Source: Thermoplasmata archaeon (GTDB lineage: Archaea > Thermoplasmatota > Thermoplasmata > Lutacidiplasmatales > UBA184). From it: a stretch of DNA of 64,000 bases. Shown piece by piece: positions 1 through 8,641 of the stretch (the first letter of the stretch is position 1; each line of letters starts with the position of its first letter). The stretch covers positions 5,415 to 69,414 of the forward strand of contig DATGZO010000006.1 in the NCBI GenBank assembly GCA_035297105.1, read 5' to 3'. A model generated the notes under the pieces. It ran no database searches, had not been told where the DNA came from, and saw nothing but the letters and a program-made list of their open reading frames with translations. A program made the translations under genes and the position numbers.

Positions 1-1
1 G

Positions 2-388
2 AAGTTCGTCGAGGCCGCCAAGGCGAGCGGCGCGTCGAGCGCACGCATCGTCCGGAAGCACATCATTCCGAACTCGGTCTACCCGGTGTTCGTCCAGATG
101 TCCCTCGACGTGGGGTCCATCCCACTGACGCTGGGAGCGCTGGTCTTTCTCGGGTTCACTACGATCTTCCCTTCGAACACGTTCCCGGAATGGGGCTCCC
201 TATCGGCCCTCTCGGTCAACCCGCACGTGCTCCAGGCGATTCTGGTCAACGGCGAACTGGGCATTCCGGTCTACGTCCCGTGGTGGATGATCCTCTTCCC
301 GGGTCTCATGCTCTTCCTGTACGCGCTCAGCGTCAACTTCCTGTCCGACGGGCTGCGCGATGCACTGGACCCACGCCTGAGGCGGTAG
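2..388 (+). CDS. ABC transporter permease, DppC/OppC family (C-terminal fragment; N-terminus is upstream of the window)
   Basis: Frame-2 translation from the window edge gives ...IIPNSVYPVFVQMSLDVGSIPLTLGALVFLGF...WWMILFPGLMLFLYALSVNFLSDGLRDALDPRLRR. This matches the conserved last TM segments and the GDGLRDALDPR tail of peptide/nickel ABC permeases. Stop TAG at 386-388. Confidence 0.75.
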   Translation, partial: KFVEAAKASGASSARIVRKHIIPNSVYPVFVQMSLDVGSIPLTLGALVFLGFTTIFPSNTFPEWGSLSALSVNPHVLQAILVNGELGIPVYVPWWMILFPGLMLFLYALSVNFLSDGLRDALDPRLRR

Positions 389-481
389 ACGGCGTTCTTC
401 GTCGGAACCGAAGGCGCATAGACCCACCTTGCCGGTCGGCGGCCGACCGACCAGGGGCTGGGTGCAATGGCGGTTGCACCC

Positions 482-2395
482 CTACGGGTCGAACTCGCGC
501 TTCCGGACCCGTTCCACGATGTGAGAACGAAGCTCGGCTCGGGACAGGGTGCGCGTGTCCTTCGTCCCCCGTACGCGAAGGGCCACCGTCCCATCGGCGG
601 TCTCCTTGTCGCCGAGCACCAGGACGTACGGGATCCGTTCCACCTCGGCCGTTCGGACGCGCTTGGAAAGCGACTCCTCGGTTCCGGCGACCTGTACCCG
701 GATCCCGTCCGCCGCCAGCTCTTGAGCCAGTCCCGAGGCCGCCTCGGCTTGGCGCTCCGTCACCGGAAGGATGCGCGCCTGGACCGCGGCGAGCCAGGGA
801 GGGAGTCGTCCTCCGGTGTGCTCCAAGAGGACTCCCAGGAACCTCTCGAACGACCCCAGGATGACCCGGTGGATGACCACGGGCGTGTGGAGCTGGCCGT
901 CCGGGCCCTGGAACTTGAGGCCGAACCGCTCGGGGATCTGGTAATCGAGCTGGATGGTGCCCGTCTGCCACGGACGTCCGAGGCTGTCCCGGATGTGGAT
1001 ATCGATCTTCGGACCGTAGAACGCACCCTCGCCCGGTGAGACCCGGTACTCGATACCGGATCCGCGCAGGATCTTCTCCAGGATCGCCTCGGCCCGGTCC
1101 CAGGTCTCCTTCTCGCCGAGGAACTGGGCGGGGCGCGTGGAGAGCTCGTAGCTCCATTTCAGGTGGAACGTCGAGAACGCCCGGGCGATCCAAGCGAGCA
1201 GGGTCTGGATCTCCGGCTCGATCTGGTCCTCCGTCACGAAGAGGTGGGCGTCGTCCTGGATGAACTCGCGCACGCGGGTCAAGCCGTGGAGCGTGCCGCT
1301 CGCCTCGAGACGGTGAAGCGGCGCGAACTCGGCCAGGCGGAGCGGTAGCTCGCGATAGCTCCGGGCCCGGGACTTGAAGATCAGCATCGAGCCGGGGCAG
1401 TTCATCGGCTTCCAGCCGAACTTGCGATCGTCGGCCTCGGTGAGGAACATGTTCTCCCGGTAGTGTTCCCAGTGACCGCTGGTCTCGTAGACGGACTGGG
1501 CCCACAGGAGCGGGGTCCGGATCTCGGAGTAGCCCGCGTCCTTCAGGTGCTCCCGCACGAATCGCTCCAGCTCCTGGAGGACGATGACCCCGTTCGGGAG
1601 CATCGCCGGGAACCCGGGGGCTTCCTCAAAGAAGGTGAACAACTCGAGCTTCTGCCCAAGCGAGCGGTGGTCTCTCGCCTCGGCTTCGGAACGGAGCTTG
1701 AGGTATTCCTTCAATCCGGCTTCGGTCGGGAACCCGACGCCCCGGATCCGCTGCAGCGTGACGGTCGCCTCAGGCTTGTCGGGGGTGATGGCGGAGAAGC
1801 CGAGGATGTGGACCCCGGCGAGCCAGCCGGTATCCGGCACATGCGGTCCTCGGCAGAGGTCGACGAACGTGCCGGTCTCGTAGTAGGAGACCGGCTCTCC
1901 CGGCGGGATGTCGCGGATGTACCGGAGCTTGTGGGGGTTCGCGGAGAACAGCCGTTCGGCTTCCTCACAAGTGACCTCCCGCCGTTGGAACGGCTCCTTG
2001 GCGTGGGCGCTCCGGCGCACCCCGGTCCGGACGGCATCGAGGTCCGCGGGAGTCAGCGGCCGGACGTCGAAGTCGTAGTAAAATCCCTCGTCGGTCGGTG
2101 GCCCCACGGTGGGGAGGGCTTCGGGGATCGTCTCCACGAGCGCCTTGGCCACGAGGTGCGCGGCCGAGTGTTGGAGGATCTCGCGTCCCGCCCGGTCATC
2201 GAAGGAGAGCGGGGCCACGTGGGCCGACGCCGTGAGCGGGCTCGAGAGGTCGGCCGGCCGACCGTCGACGAGTCCAGCGAGGCACAGCGTCGAGCCCGGG
2301 GCGTCCCACTGACGGAGGGCATCCCCCACGGTCGTGCCGCGAGCCACGTCGAGGGCACGACCGTTCGGGAAGGTCAGATGGATCTCGTCCGCCAC
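482..2395 (-). CDS. thrS: threonyl-tRNA synthetase (class II; TGS plus bacterial-type editing domain with HxxxH and CRGPH motifs)
   Basis: The ORF 482..2482 contains the TGS domain, editing-domain motifs HSAAHLV and CRGPH, and a class II core (...FFEEAPGFPAMLPNGVIVLQELERFVREHLKDAGYSEIRTPLLWAQSVYETSGHWEHYRENMF...). The first 29 aa of the ORF are Arg/Ser-rich low complexity. The start is probably GTG at 2395 (VADEIHLTF...), preceded by GGAGAG. Confidence 0.88.
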   Translation of the reverse strand: MADEIHLTFPNGRALDVARGTTVGDALRQWDAPGSTLCLAGLVDGRPADLSSPLTASAHVAPLSFDDRAGREILQHSAAHLVAKALVETIPEALPTVGPPTDEGFYYDFDVRPLTPADLDAVRTGVRRSAHAKEPFQRREVTCEEAERLFSANPHKLRYIRDIPPGEPVSYYETGTFVDLCRGPHVPDTGWLAGVHILGFSAITPDKPEATVTLQRIRGVGFPTEAGLKEYLKLRSEAEARDHRSLGQKLELFTFFEEAPGFPAMLPNGVIVLQELERFVREHLKDAGYSEIRTPLLWAQSVYETSGHWEHYRENMFLTEADDRKFGWKPMNCPGSMLIFKSRARSYRELPLRLAEFAPLHRLEASGTLHGLTRVREFIQDDAHLFVTEDQIEPEIQTLLAWIARAFSTFHLKWSYELSTRPAQFLGEKETWDRAEAILEKILRGSGIEYRVSPGEGAFYGPKIDIHIRDSLGRPWQTGTIQLDYQIPERFGLKFQGPDGQLHTPVVIHRVILGSFERFLGVLLEHTGGRLPPWLAAVQARILPVTERQAEAASGLAQELAADGIRVQVAGTEESLSKRVRTAEVERIPYVLVLGDKETADGTVALRVRGTKDTRTLSRAELRSHIVERVRKREFDP

Positions 2396-2594
2396 GGTTC
2401 TCTCCGAGGAACGGCGACCGCTCCCCCTTCTAAAAGGCTTGGCTGACCGCGAGGGCGAGCGGGGACGGCGGGGCCGGCCCAAGAGAGCGCGGAGGCTAAC
2501 GCCCGCGCGTATCCGCCGTCGTTCCGACCTCGGGCCGTACCGATCCGTGTCGTGCGCTCAGCTCGCCCATTCACTCATCACCGTTCAGCTGGTT

Positions 2595-3287
2595 CTAGTC
2601 TTCATCATCGCGCGGCGACACGGTTGGGGAATCGGAAGGAGGATTGTCGACCGGAAAGACGAGGTCCTCGAGCACGCGGTCGAGGTGGAAGATGCCGCCC
2701 GCGGCCCCCACTTCGGTGAGGCGTGTCTGTTGGGTCACGTCGAACGTGCCGTCGACCCACGTGGGTCCGCCGGCGGCCAGCGAGCGGATCAGGATCCAGT
2801 CGGGGTCCTGCTCGCGCGGGGAGACGATCACATCCGTGATGCCGATGCTGCGCGCGAACTGGACGAGAGTGGGAGCGTCGGTCTTGTCCGGCTGGGTCCG
2901 GGCCGTCTGCACCCGACCCTCCACGAGCTCGACCTCGAACGCCCAATCCGTGGAGAGCTTCCACGCGCGCTTCAACTCGACCGAACTGCGCAGGTACGAG
3001 CTCGAGAGCACGGCCCGCTGCGCGCCCGCGACGAGGATGTCGATGGCCGCATCCGCGGTGGCCACCCCGGAATCCACCCAGAGGTCCATGTCACGGGAGA
3101 GCTCCTGGACGTACTCCAGTTGAGGAACACCCCGCTCGATTCCGTCGAGGTCCACGAGGTACAATCGCTCGAAGTCCGGCTCCAAGCGGTCGACCACATC
3201 GAACGGGTCCAGGGCGGGCCCCGAGCGCGTGTGGACCCGCACCGGACCCTTCGGGCCCGGCAGGCATACCTGCCCTCTGCGGAGCAT
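2595..3287 (-). CDS. HisA/HisF-family TIM-barrel protein (ProFAR isomerase-like)
   Basis: The translation includes ...DPFDVVDRLEPDFERLYLVDLDGIERGVPQLEYVQELSRDMDLWVDSGVATADAAIDILVAGAQRAVLSS..., which is typical of the HisA family (LxVVDLDGA...). The ORF extends to 3536 but its first ~80 aa are low complexity, so the internal Met at 3287 is taken as the start. Confidence 0.55.
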   Translation of the reverse strand: MLRRGQVCLPGPKGPVRVHTRSGPALDPFDVVDRLEPDFERLYLVDLDGIERGVPQLEYVQELSRDMDLWVDSGVATADAAIDILVAGAQRAVLSSSYLRSSVELKRAWKLSTDWAFEVELVEGRVQTARTQPDKTDAPTLVQFARSIGITDVIVSPREQDPDWILIRSLAAGGPTWVDGTFDVTQQTRLTEVGAAGGIFHLDRVLEDLVFPVDNPPSDSPTVSPRDDED

Positions 3288-3396
3288 CAGGCACGGGATC
3301 AGGAGAGGGGCCGAGGGAGAGGCCTCCGCCCCGCTGGAGGCGGCTCGAGCCGACGTCGGGGATCCGTTCGCCACGGGCAACAGACCTCGCGGGGGG

Positions 3397-5466
3397 TTAT
3401 CCTGTTTGGCGGTCCCGACCCGGGCGCTTTTCCCCCGGCGGGAGATGGCCCTTTCGCCAGGAGGTAGAGGGCAGCTGACGGTGGTCCGAGTCGGCAACGG
3501 CTGGCCGCTGAGGAAAGTCCCCTCTCCGGGAAACACGGGGTCGGGTCGGAGCCCGACGGGCGAGAGTCCGAGCTCCGGAGCAGAAACGACACAGCCCGAC
3601 GGTACGGTGATGGTGGTGCACCGGAGGTTCCGTCGGGATATGATGAAACGGCCGCCTCCCCGGGAGCAAGCCCTGACTGACGGGGTGAGGAGTTTCCCTG
3701 ACCGTCGAGGAGAGCGCGGAGTCGAATGTTGCCTGAAACGGAAAGGGGCTTACTACTGCCACCTGGCCGCACCGGCGAGAAATCGCCGGTGCGTTACCCG
3801 CGCCCCACCGTCGCGCGAACCCTGATCGGCGTCCGAGCGATCTCACTCCGGGTAGGGCCAGCCCGACCGTCCCCTGGACCAGAGGCGCGACGCGATCGCC
3901 CGAGACGGATACGGCGGTCGCGTGGAACGGCGACCCCGATAGCCAATGCCGTGAGTTCTGGGAAATCAACCCGCGGTCGAGAGCGAGGGCCAAGCCGACG
4001 TTCGAGAGAATTGCAAGGCTCATCGGCGGGACCGTAAGGTTCGTGGGTCCGCCCGGTCCCCACGTCAGGTTGGTCGGACTCGCCGACGGCCCGTTCCAAA
4101 CGAAGATCGAGGCGTTCGCCACGTTGGGGAGGGCCTTCGCGAGATCGAGGCTGAATGTGTAGCTCGAGTTGATGTTCAGGAGGATCAAGTTCGTGAGCGC
4201 GCCGGCCGACGGGCCACCCACCGCGGCGAGCAGGCCGCTCGCGGGCGAGTTCACTCCCATGGGAGCGGCGAAGGCGCCGACGCGCTGGGCCAAATCCGCG
4301 TACGCGAAGTAGGCCGGGGACGGCGCCCCGGTGTCGGTGAACCAGGAGCCGGGAGTGTCGCTCTCGAGATTGTAGTAGTCCGCGGATGTGAGGTCGAGCG
4401 GGAGAGTTTGGAGGATCTCCGCCGACACGTACGTCGCCAGGTAACCCCCTGCGATCTCGTCCCCCTGGGGAACGAGCGTTCCGCTTCCGAGCTCGTCGGC
4501 GAGCACGCTCAGCCGGCACGTCGGGCATGCCCCTTGGAGCTCGGACAGCGTCGAGTTCACCCGGTTGGGGAGCGCGGACCCTCCCTGGAGCGAGGCGAAC
4601 CAAATCGCCGGCGGTTCCGGGCCATTGATCGTGCCGGCGGGATAGACGTGGATCGCGATTCCTGAAAGGTTGGGGCCGTTCGTCGCTACGTCGTCGGTGA
4701 TCCACGTGGATTGGGAGCCGCCGGCCCCGACTCCCCCGATTCCGAGGATGGGTGTGGAGGGGTCGACCGTGCGGATCGCCGAGACGTACGACCGGACGAG
4801 TTTAGCGAACCCGACGGGGGTCGTCCCGATGTCCTGGCTCGAGTTCCAGGACGGCCACGGAACCCCGAAATGCGTCCACATCAGGGGCTCGTTCCCGATT
4901 TCCCAGTACGTCGGCGTGAAGTGGAGGTTCTGGATCGAGTAGCTTACGATCGCCGCCGCGAGCGAGGAGTTGTTGACCTCGGCTGGCAGGGTGACGATCG
5001 ATTCGCAATGCACCCAGCCGCACCATGCTACGAACTCCGGATAGGTCGTGGCGGGGGAGACCGCGGTCCCGTTCGCATTGTAGATGACGCCCTGATCCGA
5101 ATCTCCCAAGGGGTCGAAACGGTCTCCGAGGGCCCCCCCGGGCCAACGCACCATGCGGGCGCCTGTCGAGTTGATGGCGGCGGCATTCGCCGAGGTCAGG
5201 GTCTGGTCTGCCCGAAGGTCCACTCCGAGACGCCCTGCGGTCAGCGGAACGGGGGAAGCGGTAAGCGCCGTCAGGTTCGCATTTGCGGGCGGGCCGGGAG
5301 GCACGACACCGGGCGGGGACGGCGTGGGGCTCGGAGCCGGGTGGGGGGGGAATTCCACCAGAACGTAGACTCCGACGCCGGTGATCAGGAGGACGAAGCA
5401 GAGCGCGATCGCGACGGTGGTTCGGTCCCACCCCGTGGGGGGTGGGGGTTCTCTCTTCCGCGACAA
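3397..5466 (-). CDS. membrane-anchored secreted glycoside hydrolase, clan GH-A-like (TIM barrel with YWEIGNEP catalytic motif)
   Basis: N-terminal TM/signal anchor (TVAIALCFVLLITGVGVYVLV), then a Pro-rich linker. The catalytic domain has ...VRWPGGALGDRFD...YWEIGNEP... (acid/base Glu in the NEP motif as in GH5/GH30/GH39) and many N-x-S/T sequons. The protein-like sequence ends near aa ~540 (about nt 3850). The last ~145 aa of the ORF are low complexity and run antisense to the putative rnpB. Confidence 0.6.
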   Translation of the reverse strand: MSRKREPPPPTGWDRTTVAIALCFVLLITGVGVYVLVEFPPHPAPSPTPSPPGVVPPGPPANANLTALTASPVPLTAGRLGVDLRADQTLTSANAAAINSTGARMVRWPGGALGDRFDPLGDSDQGVIYNANGTAVSPATTYPEFVAWCGWVHCESIVTLPAEVNNSSLAAAIVSYSIQNLHFTPTYWEIGNEPLMWTHFGVPWPSWNSSQDIGTTPVGFAKLVRSYVSAIRTVDPSTPILGIGGVGAGGSQSTWITDDVATNGPNLSGIAIHVYPAGTINGPEPPAIWFASLQGGSALPNRVNSTLSELQGACPTCRLSVLADELGSGTLVPQGDEIAGGYLATYVSAEILQTLPLDLTSADYYNLESDTPGSWFTDTGAPSPAYFAYADLAQRVGAFAAPMGVNSPASGLLAAVGGPSAGALTNLILLNINSSYTFSLDLAKALPNVANASIFVWNGPSASPTNLTWGPGGPTNLTVPPMSLAILSNVGLALALDRGLISQNSRHWLSGSPFHATAVSVSGDRVAPLVQGTVGLALPGVRSLGRRSGFARRWGAGNAPAISRRCGQVAVVSPFPFQATFDSALSSTVRETPHPVSQGLLPGRRPFHHIPTEPPVHHHHRTVGLCRFCSGARTLARRAPTRPRVSRRGDFPQRPAVADSDHRQLPSTSWRKGHLPPGEKRPGRDRQTG
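3456..3768 (+). ncRNA. rnpB: probable RNase P RNA (type A-like)
   Basis: A GAGGAAAGUCCCC motif at ~3511-3523 is the universal 5' strand of P4. A matching 3' strand ACGGAAAGGGGCUUAC sits at ~3738-3753, and GGGGCU pairs with AG(U)CCCC with the conserved bulged U (a covariant form of the E. coli CCGG/CCGG P4). Putative P1 pairs GCCAGG...GGCAG (3456-3475) with CUGCC.CCUGGC (3756-3767). A short P3-like hairpin GUCGGCaacgGCUGGC lies between P1 and P4. The total of ~313 nt is typical for archaeal RNase P RNA. No covariance model could be run, so the ends are approximate. Confidence 0.5.
3770..3791 (+). other. perfect 9-bp hairpin with GAAA tetraloop (CACCGGCGA-gaaa-TCGCCGGTG) directly after the putative rnpB 3' end
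   Basis: Inverted repeat read directly from the sequence. It could be a 3' processing or termination structure for rnpB, or an independent stable stem. Confidence 0.4.
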
Positions 5467-5509
5467 CCCAGTGGGTCCCTTCCTCTCCCAGCCCGACTAC
5501 CGTTGGGGC

Positions 5510-6484
5510 CTAAGACCCTCCGGGCCCTCGGTATGGGAGGTCCCCCGAAGCCGAGTGGCTCGGCTCGGAGGTGGCGGGAGGAGACCGAAGAGGCGGCGGA
5601 CGGAAGTGGGCCCGCCCGATCCCATAGATGGCCACCAAGACCAACACAACTCCCAGTCCCTGAAGGAGCGAGAGACGTTCCCCCAGCAGGAGGGCCGAAG
5701 CGGTCAAGGCGACCACCGGGACGAGGAAGAGGTAGGCGCTGATCTGGGCCGCCGGGGTGCGGTCGAGGAGCGTGAACCAGATCGCATAGCCCACCGCGGT
5801 CCCCGCCAGGCCGAGCCAAAGGGCGGCGGCGACCACATCCAGGGTCGGAGCCGGGAACGACGTGGGGGTCAGGAGCACGGAAGCGAGGAGGAGGCCGGAG
5901 AATCCCCCGGCGAGCTGATAGACGCTGGCCGACAGGATCTCGGGGGTCCGGAACCGACGTTGGAAGAGGACCGTCCCGAGAGCCCAGCTCACGGACGCCG
6001 CCCCGAGCTCGAGCAACGGGAGGACCGAGACGCCGCCGCCCGTGAGGGACCAGAATTGGGCGATGAGAGCGACTCCCACGAACCCGACCCCGATGGACGC
6101 CCACGCTCCGGCGCTGAGGGGCCGACCGAGGACGGGAGCGGAAAGGAGGGCGACCCAGAGCGGGAAGGTGTAGATCATGACCGAGGCAATGCCCGGCGGA
6201 ACCGAGCGGGCCGCCACGAACCACAGCCCGAAGAACAGCGTGGTGTTGGGGAGGCCGAGGAGCAAGGCATCTCGTTTCGCGCGCCGATCGAATGCTCCCC
6301 AACCGCGGGCCGCGGTGACGAGCACGACCATTCCGCCGAGCCCTATCCCGCTGCGGAGGGTCGCCAGCCAGAGGGGTCCCGAGCCGGTCAGTCCGAGACT
6401 GACAAAGAGGTAGTTCAGCCCCCAGATCGACACGAGGACTGCGAGCAGCGGCCAGGTCGCTTCCGACCAGGGTCGTGGGTTCAC
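5510..6484 (-). CDS. EamA/DMT-family transporter (10-TM drug/metabolite exporter)
   Basis: Two EamA-like halves with characteristic hydrophobic helices (...VLVSIWGLNYLFVSLGL..., ...ISAYLFLVPVVALTASALLLGERLS...). Confidence 0.75.
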   Translation of the reverse strand: MNPRPWSEATWPLLAVLVSIWGLNYLFVSLGLTGSGPLWLATLRSGIGLGGMVVLVTAARGWGAFDRRAKRDALLLGLPNTTLFFGLWFVAARSVPPGIASVMIYTFPLWVALLSAPVLGRPLSAGAWASIGVGFVGVALIAQFWSLTGGGVSVLPLLELGAASVSWALGTVLFQRRFRTPEILSASVYQLAGGFSGLLLASVLLTPTSFPAPTLDVVAAALWLGLAGTAVGYAIWFTLLDRTPAAQISAYLFLVPVVALTASALLLGERLSLLQGLGVVLVLVAIYGIGRAHFRPPPLRSPPATSEPSHSASGDLPYRGPGGS

Positions 6485-6602
6485 AAGAAGGGGGGAATCG
6501 TCGCCGACTTAGGCGTTGCCGGGGGATGTGCGCCGCTCAAATGGGAGAATTCAACGCGCGGCCCCTCGAAGTTCTTAAGGCGAAGACCCCCTCTCCCGAC
6601 CG

Positions 6603-7541
6603 ATGTCACTCCGTGGCCGCGACCTGATCTCCATCCGGGACCTGACCAAGGAGGAGATCCTGGCCCTCCTCGCCTCGGCCCGGAAGATGATCCCCTACGC
6701 CGAGGGAAAGCGGGTGATGCACCCGCTCGCCGATCGCATCGTCGCGATGGGTTTCTTCGAGCCTTCGACCCGGACCCGGCTCTCGTTCGAGGCGGCGGTC
6801 CATCGGCTCGGGGGCAACTGCATCACGATCGCCGACGCCGCGGCGAGCTCGATGCGCAAGGGCGAGAGCCTCTCCGACACGATCCGGATGCTCAGTTCCT
6901 ACGCCGATGCCATCGTCCTACGACACCCCAACGAGGGGGCCGCCCAACTGGCCGCCCGGGCGGCCGACGTCCCGATCGTCAACGCGGGGGACGGGGCGGG
7001 CCAACACCCGAGCCAGACCCTACTCGATCTAGCGACCATGCAGGAGGCGTTCGGAACCCTCTCCGGCCTCAAGGTCGTCCTCTTGGGCGACCTGCGATAC
7101 GGGCGCACCGTCCACTCGCTGGCCTATGCGCTCGCGCTGTTCGGGGTCGAGATCGTTCTCTCCTCGCCACCGGAGCTCCGCCTTCCCCAGGAGCTGCGCG
7201 ACGAGCTCGAGCGAACTGGGGCCAAGATGTCGCTCGAACCCGACATGCGGAAGGCCGTCCGCGACGCGGATGTCCTGTACGTCACCCGCATCCAGAAGGA
7301 ACGGTTCGGGGACGAAGGCGAGTACCGCAAGGTGGCGGGCTCCTACCGGATCGACGCCCACATCCTCGCCGACGCGAAGCAGCGGCTCGTGGTCATGCAC
7401 CCCCTCCCGCGGGCGGGGGAAGTGGCCCCCGAGGTCGACCGGACGAGCCACGCGGCCTACTTCCGGCAGGCATTCCTCGGCGTGCCGGTCCGGATGGCCC
7501 TTCTCGATGCGATCCTGGCCGGACCCAAGGGGAAAGAATGA
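6603..7541 (+). CDS. pyrB: aspartate carbamoyltransferase catalytic subunit
   Basis: MSLRGRDLISIRDLTKEEILALL..STRTRLSFE...HPLP. The STRTR and HPxQ/HPLP motifs and the 312-aa length fit PyrB. Confidence 0.93.
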   Translation: MSLRGRDLISIRDLTKEEILALLASARKMIPYAEGKRVMHPLADRIVAMGFFEPSTRTRLSFEAAVHRLGGNCITIADAAASSMRKGESLSDTIRMLSSYADAIVLRHPNEGAAQLAARAADVPIVNAGDGAGQHPSQTLLDLATMQEAFGTLSGLKVVLLGDLRYGRTVHSLAYALALFGVEIVLSSPPELRLPQELRDELERTGAKMSLEPDMRKAVRDADVLYVTRIQKERFGDEGEYRKVAGSYRIDAHILADAKQRLVVMHPLPRAGEVAPEVDRTSHAAYFRQAFLGVPVRMALLDAILAGPKGKE

Positions 7542-8005
7542 CCGCCATGCGCGAGCTCCGCATCGCGGCGATCAAGAACGGGACCGTGATCGACCACATC
7601 GGCAACGGCCTCGCGATCGATGTGCTCCGGATCATCAACGCCCGCGGTCTCGACCGGGACTCGACCGTCTCGGTGGGGATCCACGTGCGGTCCGGGAAGC
7701 TCGGCTGGAAGGACATCGTCAAGGTCGAGAACATGGAGCTCTCCGCCCGGAAGGTCAACGCGATCGCCCTGATCGCGCCCACCGCGACGATCTCCATCAT
7801 CCGGGACTTCAAGGTCCAGGAGAAGCGACCGGTCGACCTGCCCGACACGATCGTCGGGGTCGTGACGTGCCCGAACCCGAGCTGCATCTCGAACCAGGGG
7901 GAGCCGATCGAGAGCGAGTTCCGCGTCACCCGCCGGCGTCCGGTGGTCCTCACGTGCGTCTTCTGCGAGCGCACGATGGACGACTTCCTCGCCCACCTCG
8001 CGTAG
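7538..8005 (+). CDS. pyrI: aspartate carbamoyltransferase regulatory subunit
   Basis: MTAMRELRIAAIKNGTVIDHI...CPNPSCISNQGEPIESEF...VLTCVFCERTM. The Zn-binding CPNPxC...CxxC motif and 155-aa length fit PyrI. Its ATG overlaps the pyrB stop (ATGA). It is the C-terminal end of the otherwise spurious 874-aa ORF 5381..8005. Confidence 0.9.
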   Translation: MTAMRELRIAAIKNGTVIDHIGNGLAIDVLRIINARGLDRDSTVSVGIHVRSGKLGWKDIVKVENMELSARKVNAIALIAPTATISIIRDFKVQEKRPVDLPDTIVGVVTCPNPSCISNQGEPIESEFRVTRRRPVVLTCVFCERTMDDFLAHLA

Positions 8006-8017
8006 GCCCGCCGCCCG

Positions 8018-8641
8018 ATGGTCGACCTCGGGGCCGCCACCGGGTTCGTGGCCGTCTTCGCGATCGTCGGATTCTTCGAACTCTTCGACCGGACCAGTTT
8101 CGCCCTGATCGCCATCGCCTCGCGCGCCCGACCGTTCCCGACGTGGGCGGGCGGGGCGCTCGCGTTCGTCGCTTCGACGGCGATCGCGGTCGTCGTGGGA
8201 GTGGGGTTCACCGATCTGCTCGGACCGGGCCACATCGGCTGGCTCCGGGTCGCGGGAGGGGGAGTGCTGCTCGCGTACGCCGCGTGGGTCTACGTCCAAC
8301 CTGCGGAGGAGGGCGAGCGGCCACGGGGACCGCCCGGCTCCGCGTTCCTGGTCGCGTTCGCGACGATCTTTCTCCTCGAGATGGGAGACACGACCATGAT
8401 CTTCGAGATAGTCTTCATCGCCGACTGGGGATGGCTGGTGGTCCTGGTGGCCGGTGCGTCGGCGCTCGTGACCGTCGCCGCCTGGGACGTCGCGCTCGGC
8501 CGTCGGCTCGGCCTTCGGGTGCAGCCCGAGACGCTCCGCCGGATCGTCGTGGTGGTGCTCACGATCGTCGGAGCCGCGACGATCGCCTACGGGCTAGCGC
8601 CGAGCGCGTTCCCGTCGCTCGGGTTCGCGGCGACGGGCTAG
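8018..8641 (+). CDS. UPF0016/GDT1 (TMEM165)-family cation transporter
   Basis: Two repeats of the signature E-x-G-D-(K/R)-(T/S) (ELFDRTS and EMGDTTM) within 6 predicted TM helices. Length 207 aa. Confidence 0.75.
   Translation: MVDLGAATGFVAVFAIVGFFELFDRTSFALIAIASRARPFPTWAGGALAFVASTAIAVVVGVGFTDLLGPGHIGWLRVAGGGVLLAYAAWVYVQPAEEGERPRGPPGSAFLVAFATIFLLEMGDTTMIFEIVFIADWGWLVVLVAGASALVTVAAWDVALGRRLGLRVQPETLRRIVVVVLTIVGAATIAYGLAPSAFPSLGFAATG

Noticed and set aside
333-1505. 390-aa minus-strand ORF and several 100-330-aa ORFs overlapping thrS
   Set aside because: Alternative-frame or antisense shadows of thrS with low-complexity translations.
5381-8005. 874-aa plus-strand ORF spanning the EamA gene (antisense), pyrB (other frame) and pyrI
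   Set aside because: Only the last 155 aa (from the ATG at 7538) match PyrI. The upstream 720 aa are Arg/Gly/Pro-rich low-complexity sequence typical of shadow ORFs in high-G+C DNA, and they overlap two well-supported genes.
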